Source: Euglena gracilis
Lineage: Eukaryota
Reading direction: 5' to 3'
NCBI GenBank assembly: GCA_039621445.1
Contig: CP154954.1
Location: forward strand, 28,576,417 to 28,640,416
Length of the DNA stretch: 64,000 nt
Shown here: positions 12,533-23,200 of the stretch, piece by piece
How positions within the stretch are numbered: position 1 is the first letter of the stretch
Layout: each line of letters opens with the position of its first letter
Notes under the pieces: generated by a model
Databases searched by the model: none
What the model saw: the letters and a program-made list of their open reading frames with translations, nothing else
Told to the model about the DNA's origin: nothing
Position numbers and translations under genes: made by a program

Positions 12533-13324
12533 TGTTCACCGGGTCCGCCCCCCCCGGGCCGCCGGTCGCCCCCGCGACCGCCGAGTCCCTTCGGGCCGAG
12601 GGCCCCGGGGGGTCCTCGCCGGTGGGGAGGACCACCGACAGGGGGGTGGTGTTTCCGGGGTGGGGCCTGCGCTTTCTCCGGGGGTTGGTGGGCTCAAGTC
12701 AACCCCTGTTTTTTCACCCAGGTGGTTTCCCCAACCCCAGCCGGTGCGTAGGATCGTTTTTTTAGCGGTTTCCGAAATTTTGCTCAAAATCGAAAAATCT
12801 GCCATTTGCATTGCAAATCTCACTTCTCTCTCTCACACACACACCTTGATGGCAAACCAACCCAAAGACCAACCACAAACCAACCCACTTTGGGACTTTG
12901 AGACCTTGGATTGAGAAACCGAAACTGTGAAATGTCCAAATGGAATGTGACAAACCTGGGGTAAGGAGTGGTCGTCGGGGGTGAAAGCGGAGGCGAAGGT
13001 GAAGATATAGGAGGGTGGGCGGTGGTGTTAAAGGCTCCTTCAATTCAATTGACTTCAATGAATCAATGACCAACAATGAAACTCAACCTGCCACTCCAAA
13101 TCAAAGTCCAATTGCCAAATTCAATACAATAGTATTCCTTCTTGCCAAATATTGGGGAAAACCCCTCAAGTTCTGTGAAAAATGACAAATTTGAAAGCGC
13201 AAACTAATTTGACCCGCTTCCAATTTAAGTCGCGGGTTTTTTTAACTGGTTGGCTGTTACCCGCGACTTTGAAATTTGCGCTTTCTGGCAATTTTTGGCT
13301 GCCGGCGAAAGCCGGCGGCCGACA
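12533..13324 (-). repeat. 3' LTR of Gypsy-1
   Basis: Direct repeat of 23838-24633. Confidence 0.95.
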
Positions 13325-13335
13325 CCCCCTCCCTT
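13325..13335 (-). promoter_or_regulatory. Polypurine tract of Gypsy-1
   Basis: AAGGGAGGGGG immediately before the 3' LTR on the minus strand. Confidence 0.85.
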
Positions 13336-13644
13336 GCGACCTTAGTCGGTCACCAAAAATTCGCCCCCCCCCCCGTTCCTCAACAACGGGGGGGAAATCC
13401 TCCATTCGGCACTCTTTCATCCAAAGCCTATGTCCCACACCCATTCTTCCTTGAATCAACAAATGGGAAACAAACTTCAGGGACTATGGCTTTCAAGTGC
13501 CTTCAAACCTTTGGGAAAAACTTGTTTCACCAAACAATGAATATTAGGCTGCCCCCCCCCCCCCGCTTCTCACGGGTGGAATGAGGGTCTTCACCAAGAT
13601 CTGCCCCCCCCTTCCAACGGTTCGGGGGACTTTTGGTAAAAATT

Positions 13645-13980
13645 CGGTTGGCGCCCCCCTCCCCCTCGGGTCGGGGGATTTTTGGTTCAAATTCGTCAAG
13701 CCCCCCCCCCCTCCTCGGGCCGGGGGGATTTTTGTCCAAAAATCAAACGCCCCCCCCCCCTCCTCGGGCCGGGGGGCTTTTGGTCAAAAATTCAAGCGCC
13801 CCCCCCCTCCTCGGGCCGGGGGGATTTTTGTCCAAGAATCAAACGCCCCCCCCCCCTCCTCGGGCCGGGGGGATTTTTGTCCAAGAATCAAACGCCCCCC
13901 CCCTCCTCGGGCCGGGGGGATTTTTGTCAAAAATTCAAGCGCCCCCCCCCCTCCTCGGGCCGGGGGGATGTTTGTCAAAC
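13645..13980. repeat. ~47-bp GC-rich tandem repeat (6-7 copies) in the Gypsy-1 3' non-coding region
   Basis: Unit approximately gcccccccc-ctcctcgggccggggggatttttgtccaaaaatcaaac. Confidence 0.9.
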
Positions 13981-14409
13981 CGAAGGGGGGCGCATTATGT
14001 GACCATGGACTCCCAACCACATCATCCACATATCCGATGCTTTGAAAAGGAATCCTTACAACACCACCATATGGGACGTGACGGCAATGTGGGGTAAGGT
14101 GTAAAGGCAGCGGGGTAAGGTAGAGGGAGGGAAGGGAGACAGCGGACGGCAATATAGCGTGCAGCGAATATACGGTGGTGCCCCGGCCCCCTTGCGGGGC
14201 CTTTTTCTACCTTTCTCCATTCTTACATTCTCAAATGCTTGCCTTTGTACATTCTTCCTTTCTCACACCCGTGCGCATGTGCGCACAAACACACACGGAC
14301 GTGCAAAGCCGGCTTTTGAATTTTTGATGTTGGGTTAAAAACAGCACTTTGCCTTCCCACTTGGCTCGCCGTAGAGCCTTTGACAGGGCCTTATGGCTCA
14401 CCTTAGAGC

Positions 14410-16389
14410 CTACGGCCCACCGTCAATTTTAAGTTCGGACATTATGTCCATTTTCACTTTTTTCTCACGGCAATATTTCACAAACTCCCCACTGAAACGG
14501 TGAATGAAATTTCCAGCCGGTTCCCAGGTCTCCTCCCAGTCCTCATATCCGACCCACTTGGTCAAAAATTCCCATTTTCCATCTTTTCCTTTCCGGTGCT
14601 TTAGAATTTTTTCCACCTCCCACTTATCAGGTAATGCCTCTTCTTCTTTTTCGGTCCGTTTATAGTAAAAAAGAGGCACCCCCTTACCTTCAACTTGGGG
14701 TTCCCGATACTCCTTCAAAAAACTCCTATGAGCTTTTGTCTCCACCCCAGATTTCATCTCAATTACATAACTCCGTTCCCCTTCTCTACCCTTCACGACC
14801 CCAGGTCCCACCCACCTAGAGTCAAGCTTCTCACCCGACCCTTCGGGTCTCCTATACCAAACCGTCGTCCCCACCTTTAGGGGTTCCATTTCTTTCCTCC
14901 CCTTATTTATCCTTGCCACCTCCTCCTCATGCTTTTTGTTGAGTATCCTAGCCACCCTCCCATCAATGTCTTGCATCCTTCGGAAAAACTCCACCGAATC
15001 CTCACATTCTTTGGGTGGTTGGTAGGGTACCCCTGCCAATGGTCTTTCCCTTCCAGTCACAATTTCATATGGGCTCAATCCGCTTTCCCCTTTTACGTCA
15101 TGAATTCGGTCCAAAACGTGGGGTAAAGCTTCAACCCAATTAATTTTTTCCTCCACATACAATTTTCTCAACACCTCCATTACCTGTTGTCCGGTTCTCT
15201 CAACCCTCCCGTTTGCTTGGTGGTGGTATGCTTGGGAATACGCTTGCCTAATCCCCAAAAGCGCACACATGTTTTTCCACCAAGTGCTTGTGAAATGGCT
15301 CCCTTGGTCACTTGAGATGACCGAGGGAACCCCAAAAGGCCTCCACTGATTTTTCACCATTTCCTTAGCCAACTTGGCACCGGTTAATCCCTTGTCCTTG
15401 CATGCAACCCCCACAATCCAACCCGAATGCCTATCCACACAAAGGGCTAGGGTGTCGTACTCCCCCCCATCGTGTAAAACCCTTGGCATTCGAAACAATT
15501 CGATTGCAACACTTGTCATTAGTGCATGGGGTATGGGTGTTGACTCGATCGGTCCTTTCAAACTCTCCCCCCTCACACTCGCTTGGCATGTGGAACAATT
15601 TTTGCTGCAATTTTGGTTGAGTTGCTTTGCAGCCTTTTCATCAGCCCAAACAAAACGGATTGTCATGTGTTTCCAAACTTTTTCAGGGCCAACGTGCCCC
15701 AAAAACTCGTGATTTTCTTGAATCACCAAGGGTTGGAAACTTTCAGGCACACACAACTTTTCCTCGAAAAACAGTTGACCGTTCAAGACTTTATAGCTTT
15801 TGGGCCAAACTGAACCACCTTTGGTAGCCTCCCATTTTTCTTTCCATGTGGGGCATCGAGAATATGCTTCCCCCCAATCACGCTCCCATACGGGCTTAAT
15901 ATCCTTAGGGGTCGTACTTGGCAGGGCGTCCCCCACTTCCATACGAGTGTCCCCCCTCGAACTTTCAGCCGTCTCCGGGACAGGGGTCGTCTCCCCCCCC
16001 ACTTTCTCATCCCAAAAATGAACTCGTTTCTTTTCTTTCCTGGGCCCTTGTGAGTGGGTGTCCACAGGGGTGTCTTTTCCTCCTGGGTCTACCCCACCCT
16101 CGGTTCCCCTCCTTGTGCACTCTCCTTTTTCCTCCTCAGGTGTTACGTTTTTGCCACTACGGGTTGTCACCCCCCGTATCCAGGCATTACGTAAATTGGG
16201 CTGGTTTTTGATTCTTATCTCCAAACACTGTTTTTCCTCTTCTTTTTCCTCCCGGATAAAATTTTCCATTTCATCCTTGTCTTCGGCTGACCCGTGCTTA
16301 CTTATGTCCCTTAGGGCCTGTGAAGCTGGGTATGCCCACCGACTAAGGATATCGGCTATGGTGTTTTCTTTACCCAGGATATATCCCAC
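14410..16389 (-). CDS. RNase H C-terminus, linker, integrase and chromodomain
   Basis: GKENTIADILSR; HEFLGH..CSTC (HHCC); SSDQGSHF..ANGRVER; WVGP; WEVEKILKHR..EFLTKWVGYEDWEETWEP. Confidence 0.95.
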   Translation of the reverse strand: MGYILGKENTIADILSRWAYPASQALRDISKHGSAEDKDEMENFIREEKEEEKQCLEIRIKNQPNLRNAWIRGVTTRSGKNVTPEEEKGECTRRGTEGGVDPGGKDTPVDTHSQGPRKEKKRVHFWDEKVGGETTPVPETAESSRGDTRMEVGDALPSTTPKDIKPVWERDWGEAYSRCPTWKEKWEATKGGSVWPKSYKVLNGQLFFEEKLCVPESFQPLVIQENHEFLGHVGPEKVWKHMTIRFVWADEKAAKQLNQNCSKNCSTCQASVRGESLKGPIESTPIPHALMTSVAIELFRMPRVLHDGGEYDTLALCVDRHSGWIVGVACKDKGLTGAKLAKEMVKNQWRPFGVPSVISSDQGSHFTSTWWKNMCALLGIRQAYSQAYHHQANGRVERTGQQVMEVLRKLYVEEKINWVEALPHVLDRIHDVKGESGLSPYEIVTGRERPLAGVPYQPPKECEDSVEFFRRMQDIDGRVARILNKKHEEEVARINKGRKEMEPLKVGTTVWYRRPEGSGEKLDSRWVGPGVVKGREGERSYVIEMKSGVETKAHRSFLKEYREPQVEGKGVPLFYYKRTEKEEEALPDKWEVEKILKHRKGKDGKWEFLTKWVGYEDWEETWEPAGNFIHRFSGEFVKYCREKKVKMDIMSELKIDGGP

Positions 16390-18168
16390 CGCAAATCATA
16401 CTTGGAGAAAATTTGGTGCCATCTCGCCCTCCTCCCAACCGGACCACTGGGGGTGTCTAGGACTTCCCTTGTCCAAGACTCCAAACTTTGGTGGTCGGTT
16501 AAAACCAAAACGGGTTGCAATCCAATCCAACTCTCCCATTTTTGTAGTGCCAAAATTATGGCGTACGTCTCCAACTCCCTGGGGGTCCATTTTCTTTGCC
16601 CCTCGGTCAATTTTCGAGACATAAAAGCCACTGGCACAGTTTTTTTTCTCAATCACATCCTGGGCTGTGGGTCTTCCTCCCCCCTCCTTCATTTGCTCTA
16701 ACGTTGCCCCCACGGCGTACCCACTGGCATCAACCCTTAGCACAAAGGGTTTATCTGGGTCTACCCGTTGCAACATTAGGCCCGAACACAACCTTTTTTT
16801 CAGCTCCTCAAAAGCTTTTAAATCCTCCCCATCAAATTCCACAGGTTTTCGACTTCCTTTCTTTCCCACCTCCCTGGGGACTTTCAACTTGTCTTGCAAT
16901 TGGGCAGCTACTTCCGCATACATGTGAATGTATGCATTGTAATAATTTGTGAATCCCAAAAAGGCTCTCAAAGCCGTAATTGTTTTTGGAACCTCCCACT
17001 TTTCGATCGCTCGTAACTTACCCGGTGCAGGCCTCCTAGTCCCGTTTCCTAAAATCTGTCCACAAAATTCGACCTCCTCAACGAAAAGTTTGGCTTTGAA
17101 TTCATCAGCCACCAAAAGTTCTGTTTTCAGCACCTCCAACACCCTCCTCAAATCTTTTTCGTGTGCCCCCACCAGGTCCTCCCCTTCCCCGACCGTTGTC
17201 CCCACCAGTATATCATCTATGTACCCTGTGGCGATATCCCTTACTGGTGTCAAACGGTCGTCGATCATTTGCTGAAATTGCTGGGGGGCATTTGTCAAAC
17301 CCATTACATTCACCCTCCACTGAAAAATGCCTTTGGGGGTGAAACAACACGTTATGGGTCGACTTTCTGGGTGTAAAGGTTGTTGGTGAAAAGCTTGCTT
17401 CAAATCGATGATCGAAAACATTTGGTTTGCACCATGTTTGACCAAAATGTCTTCAATTTTGGGTAGGGGGTAGTTGCATCGCCTTGTTTGGCTGTTTGGG
17501 CCCCTGAGGTCCACCACCCCCCTCCAAGGAAAATCGTTGGATTTTTTTGGAACTGGAAAAGTCTGGGACAGCCATTCTGAATTTTTGGCTGTGGCTGGCT
17601 CAATGTATTTTTTGTCAAGCCAGTCTTGTGTGATTTTTTCAAGTGCCTCTTTCCGCTCACCGTGCATGAAAAAAGGCTTCTGTCTGGATGGTTTTGCCCC
17701 CTCCTTCAGCGGTATGTATGCATAACCATATTGTCCTCTTTCGGGGGGGTCTGGAAATGGCGATGACCGAAATACCGTCCCCCTGTAATCTTGCAAAACT
17801 TGTTCCCTCAACTTAACCACCCGTTCCTCCTCTTTTTTGTCCTCCCCCTCCCTTGCAATTATCATTCGGTTGATAACTTGCACCGGGGGGTCACTTCCCT
17901 CCAAATTTGTGGCAACCTCCCCCAGGTCCTCATCGCTCAAAAATTGAAATTCCTGGTCCAACCCTTCCAAAGGCAAACAAAGACCAAGTTTTTGCAACCC
18001 AAACGAAGACCCGTCCGCCACAGTCACATTGTCCACTGAAAAATTTGTGTCATCCCTGAATTTTTGCGGACCCCACCGTCTTTCAACACCCCGCAAAAAA
18101 ATCAGGTCGGGGCTGTCTTTCACCAACGCCTTGTGGTGTGGAAAAATTCCCAATTTTGCTTCTGCCAA
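16356..18168 (-). CDS. Gypsy reverse transcriptase and RNase H (frameshifts near 16645 and 16390)
   Basis: WRGVVDLRGPN, IDLKQAFHQ, MGLTNAP, YIDDIL, FLGFTNYY, VDASGYAVGATL; RELETYAII..TDHQSL in ORF 16356..16652. Confidence 0.95.
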
Positions 18169-18558
18169 CCATGGATAAGAAAGAATGGCATCAACTTTAA
18201 TGTTTGCCTCATAAAATTAAAATTCGTATTCCACACACTCAATTTCCCTTTCCTCATTCCAGTTTTGTTGAAGGATCATTTTCACCTTTGCACATCTGCT
18301 CCCCCCCGCCAAAGTTTGCCCATTGGCAGTTTCAAACCTTAACGGGTCCTTAGCAGGATACATTAGGTGGTCCCCTATCAACCCTTGTCGAATGAGGTTT
18401 GCCTCCGCCCCCGTGTCAATCAAAATTCTGGCCGTTTTTTCCTCCCCATTTGCCAACTTGATCTGGGTTTTTAACAGCAGTTGTCTGTCCTCCCCAAGTT
18501 TCTTCGATCCTCCCCGAGTTTTCGTCCCCCTCAACATTCTTTTTTTCAGCCGCACCAA
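18169..18558 (-). CDS. Aspartic protease (one in-frame TAA at 18217-18219)
   Basis: ILIDTGAEANLI; DAILSYPW follows the stop in the same frame as RT. Confidence 0.9.
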
Positions 18559-18594
18559 TTTTTTCTTCCCTGGGGTTGCCCCCCCCTGGGAGGG

Positions 18595-20271
18595 TTACCT
18601 TCTATCGATCAACAAGGCCCACACCCCCCAACGGGTACCCCTCAAAATCCTCCCATCAGCCTCAAACAACTTTGTCCCCTTGGGAAAATAAATCTTTTTG
18701 ACAGCCATAGCCACCAGATTTTTCACCCACCTCCTATTCCAGTCTGGGCATATGCAAATCGCCCGACAATTGGAATTTTGCAATTTTTCAGCCACCTCAG
18801 GCCACAAAGTCCAGGGGGGGTTCATCCACAACGTTTCCTCCGCCCCCCAATCCTTTTTCATGGCATCATCATCCTCCCCGTAAAACTTTTCACACCTGGT
18901 ATTTTGGCTGGTTGCAAAACAATCCCGTTCCGCCTTAACCCGAAATTCCTTCTCAATTTCCTCCATACAAACTTTCCTAACAGCATAATCCTCCCTACGA
19001 TATCCGCTTTTTCGTTCCAACACGGTTAACAAATACTCCACCAGTTGTTTGGGCATCCTCCATTTTTTCTGGGTGCCAACTGTCATTCCATATCCTCCCA
19101 ACTTTTCTCGGTGACTCCTCCCTCCAGGAATCAAATTCGGGCAGGTCTGGCCATCACAAAGTTTGCTTTGTAGCTTGCTCAGATTTTCGCTCCCCCAGAT
19201 TCGGGTGGGCTTTTGATATCCCCAATCTGAAAACTGACAATAATCAACATCGACAAAAGTCAGATTTTGAACACAGGGTCTTTTCCGCAAAAGTCCATGA
19301 CGGGGATTTTCAATCCACCACAATTTTGGCTTGAAATATTCGACAATCTCCAAAGTTTTTTTGACCAGCCGATCTGCCCCCTCCAAATTTCTGACTCCCA
19401 ATGTTTTGGCCAAGCTATATTCTGTACAGGGCACCCCCGCAGCGATGATCTGAAAATATCCGGGGGGGTACCTCCAATATCTCCACTCCAAAATATTTGT
19501 ACAGTGGGTTGGGTTAAATCTGGGGTTTATGTCCACTGACACAACCTTAAACCCCTGCTCTCTCAGGCAATCCCCAACCGAGCCTTTACCGCAAAAAAGG
19601 TCTAAAGCTCTTTTCTTTACGGAAGGCTGTGCACGATCCCTTATGGGATCTGATTTTTTACAGATTTGGGCCGAGTCACAGATTTGCACGTCACGCACAC
19701 ACACACCCGACACACTGGACACACCTTGTGCAGAGCTCTCCTGGGATGGCAGATTTTTCATCGTGGTTTCACTCGCACGAGAGTTTTCTTGCCACCTGGG
19801 ATTTGCGTAGGTCAAGTCAAGTGGAGTATACGCGAGAAGGAAACCTACGCAATCGTGCTTATACTCCAGAAATTCCGCAGCTGGGTTTCCTTTCCCCCTT
19901 CCTTTGCCTTTGCCTTTTCCACCGTCCTGGCCCTTTCCCCTAGACCAGTCATTTCCATTGTTTCCTTTCCCCCAAGAATTTTTTCCTTTGCCCTTTCCTT
20001 TGCCTTTGCCTTTGCCACCACCAGACTGTGAATCAAAATTCTGTTGATTTGAGTTCCACCACTGATTTCCCTGAAAATTGGCATTGGCATTGGAATTCCA
20101 CCCAGAATCGTTTCTCCATCCACCCCCATTGCCAAATTGAGATTGCTGGGGGGGTGGCAATGACTGTGATCGAACCACTGGCACTGGATTTTGCACGGGG
20201 GGGTTCACGTTTGCATTGGTCGCAGGAGCTGCCACCTGTGAATCTGATTTTCCAACGGACGGTTTTGCCAC
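18595..20271 (-). CDS. Gag C-terminal GK-rich tail fused to C5-cytosine DNA methyltransferase (~19027-19611) and N6-adenine-type methyltransferase (~18598-18995)
   Basis: C5: ALDLFCGKG (I), VDI (II), GVPC (IV), IENP (VI), QKPTRIW (VIII-like). N6: DCFA..N..DAM..W..WMNPPW..ICPDW. Confidence 0.9.
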   Translation of the reverse strand: MAKPSVGKSDSQVAAPATNANVNPPVQNPVPVVRSQSLPPPQQSQFGNGGGWRNDSGWNSNANANFQGNQWWNSNQQNFDSQSGGGKGKGKGKGKGKNSWGKGNNGNDWSRGKGQDGGKGKGKGRGKGNPAAEFLEYKHDCVGFLLAYTPLDLTYANPRWQENSRASETTMKNLPSQESSAQGVSSVSGVCVRDVQICDSAQICKKSDPIRDRAQPSVKKRALDLFCGKGSVGDCLREQGFKVVSVDINPRFNPTHCTNILEWRYWRYPPGYFQIIAAGVPCTEYSLAKTLGVRNLEGADRLVKKTLEIVEYFKPKLWWIENPRHGLLRKRPCVQNLTFVDVDYCQFSDWGYQKPTRIWGSENLSKLQSKLCDGQTCPNLIPGGRSHREKLGGYGMTVGTQKKWRMPKQLVEYLLTVLERKSGYRREDYAVRKVCMEEIEKEFRVKAERDCFATSQNTRCEKFYGEDDDAMKKDWGAEETLWMNPPWTLWPEVAEKLQNSNCRAICICPDWNRRWVKNLVAMAVKKIYFPKGTKLFEADGRILRGTRWGVWALLIDRR

Positions 20272-23200
20272 CGTTTCGACCCCTTGGCTGACCGTGTTGG
20301 GGAGGGTGTCCTGGACCCCTTGGCCCGATCTGCCTTAGCAGACCTGGCCCTCCGGTTTCCAAATGCATTTGGCTCCCTGGAACTGTGTATCATGTCTTGA
20401 GAATCCCTGGAAGACAATTTTCGCTCAACAAAACGGAAAATTTCTTCAACTCCCATTTTTGGCTGTTCCTCCACAATTTTGATCCTTTTATCCGTGCCTG
20501 TGATTGGTTTCCCACTGACCTCTTTCAGTTTGTCGCAAATCGTAGTGTTGGGCAAAAAGACTTCGAACTCCAGCGGTGAAACTTTCGAAACCTTGCAGGG
20601 CTTTTCCCCAGTGACACGTTCCACAGCACAAATAATGTTTTCCTCGGTTGCAGGCACTCCAGGGTACATTTTGACTTTCGGTCCACATGTTGATTTCCTT
20701 TCCTCCTCATCGGCGACCCAATGCAAAATGAAATTTGGCAGTTTTCCCTTGACCAGTCTTTCTGCCTCATCGTCAGTGGCGCTTTTCACCTGTCTCCAGG
20801 CTATTCTGAAATTTATGACAAAATCTCGCCATTCCTGTACGGTAATTTTCCCTTGGTTCACGAGGTTCACATCATACCATTTTTTTCTGGCACACTCGGA
20901 TTGAGTTCCAGCATATTTCCCCTCAAGCCTGTCAAATTCCTCCTCGAAAGATGTTTTTCCGTTCAATTCCAGTCGGAATTGCAATTCCTTTTTATTTGTG
21001 TCGTCCAGCGTCATTGCAAAAAGCTGAAGCTTGAGTGAATCAGACATATGTCCATTTTGCAAAATAACCAACGTCCTGAAATATTGATCCCAATCCCGCA
21101 CAAAGGACGACCAGTCTTTTGGCTGTCCAGAAAAATTTGGAGCTACCAGGTTTTTCATCAATTGATGCGTTGCCACTGCATTTGATGAAACCAGCCCTGC
21201 ACCTGCAGGCACTGCCCCCACAGGTCGTGCACAAACCTGCCTGACATGTGTCGCATGTGATCCTGGTTCAGCGTATTCATAACCCTCAATTTTAACCGGA
21301 TTTTTCTCAATCGCAGGTAAATCGTTGTAACCAAAAAGATCAAACTCCTCGATTTCTGAATTTCCAGCTGATTTTTCTCCCGTTTCCTTTGTCAGATCCA
21401 CCGTCGCAGATTTGGCAGATTCAGCTTGCTGATTTTTCATCACCAAAAACTCAGCGTGAAATAAATCCAGCTTTTGTTGCAATTTTTTCCGCTCCTGCTG
21501 TTCTTTTCGAAGTTCAACGCACTGCTGTTGCAGTAAAACTCCAACCTGCTGTTTCATCGAGTTTTCCATTTCAGCCCGAACTTTTTCAAACTGCCCCTCC
21601 CTTTCACTCAGCCTCAACCTTTCCTGCAACATTTCACTGATAATGACCTCCAAATTCTTTCTCGTTTGCAGCCCCAACTCCCTTTGCACCTCCAACCGAA
21701 TTGTTTCCTCACTCTTGTTAATCAGGTCACAGACTTTCTCAATGGGAAAATCTTTCCGACCCAGAAAATTCTCCAACCTCCCCAAACGATCATTCAGAGC
21801 TTTGCTCTCTCGCTCCAGGGACTGTGAAAATTCCTTCAATTTCTCAGCCTGTGCCTGAAAATTGGCACACTCAGTCTCCCCCAAACCTTTGCATTGCTGA
21901 AAAATGATCCCAAAACGTCCCTCCAGATCAGAGCTTAGCTCACCAACTGCAGATTTGACCTGATTAACAGCAATTTCCTGCTGTTTTTCCTTCTCCCCCA
22001 CTTGTTGCACCACCATGTGCATCTCCCCCACAGATTTTTCCAAAAACGACAGCTTCTGAGAAAAATCCCTCTCATTTTTTCTCAACCCCTCAACCTGGGC
22101 CTCAAAAAACGTGTTTACTCCATCCTCCACTTTCTTCACTTTTTCAGCAAACTGCCGTTCCATTTCCACACTCAACAAATGCCTTTGGCATTGGGCCAGA
22201 TTTTGCACCATTTCACCATTTTTCTGAAACTGCAAAAGCAAGTCGTTTACGGTTGAACTCAGTTCAGCCTGAATTTCACGTTTCACCATGGCAATGTGAT
22301 CAGCCACTCGCTGATCATGCATGCCCAATGCCTCATTGACCAGATTCAATGCCTGCCCATTTGACATGGCCAATGCCTGATTTAGCCTGTTTTCTGCCTC
22401 ACCCACCAGAATTTCAGCCATTTTTTCAGGATTTTTTCCTTCCTGCACCAAAAGCCTGCCATGTAAACATTCAATTTTACAACTGATTTCTTCACCCCAA
22501 TTGTTCCAATCATCATCAGATTGGCCATAGCCCGATTCCATTTCCACATCATGCTGATTTTCAGGGTTTTCGGACCCAGTTTCTGCAGAAAAACTAGTAT
22601 TTGGCTGTAAATTTTGTGGCTGGGTCTGTGAAAAATCTGGCTGAATTGGTCGAAAAACCTGGGCTGGGCCTGTGTTTGAAGACATTGTTAACGTTGGCTG
22701 AAAAACCTGCCCACTCATCTGGGATGGCCCCATGATTGCTGGAACAGATGACCCAGCCGAAAACTGCTGGGCTGGCTGAAAAACCTGTGAAGTCATCTGG
22801 GCTGGCCCCATGATTGCTGAAACAGATGACCCAGCCGAAAACTGCTGGGCTGGCTGAAAAACCTGTGAAGTCATCTGGGCTGGCCCCATGATTGCTGAAA
22901 CAGATGACTCAGCCGAAAACTGCTGAGCTGGCTGAAAAACCTGCAGCTGGGCTGCAGCTGGCTGTGCTGACTGCGTTTCTGAACTCTGTGTTAACAGCAA
23001 TGGTTCTGGCTGGGCTGTTAAACACAAAATTTTTTGTTCTGGCCCTGGGCTGCTGTCTCGTGACGACACAGAAATTCGCTGAAAACCTGAAAAATTTACT
23101 GGCCACATGCCAGCAGCTTTCATCCTTTGCATAACCATTTGCTGAATAATTGCGTTTTCAGCCTGTTTTTCTTCCTCTGTTTCGCTTTCATAAGCTGGGG

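Noticed and set aside
14185-14206. Rho-independent terminator
   Set aside because: Hairpin + T-run is real but the context is a eukaryotic retroelement.
18595-19611. Bacterial restriction-modification system or contamination
   Set aside because: In frame within an LTR-bounded Gypsy polyprotein; no nuclease or operon context.
20275-20290. Programmed gag-pol frameshift
   Set aside because: One missing G in a G-run restores a continuous frame; other shifts (16645, 55040, 57420) also lie in homopolymers, so decay or sequencing error is more likely.
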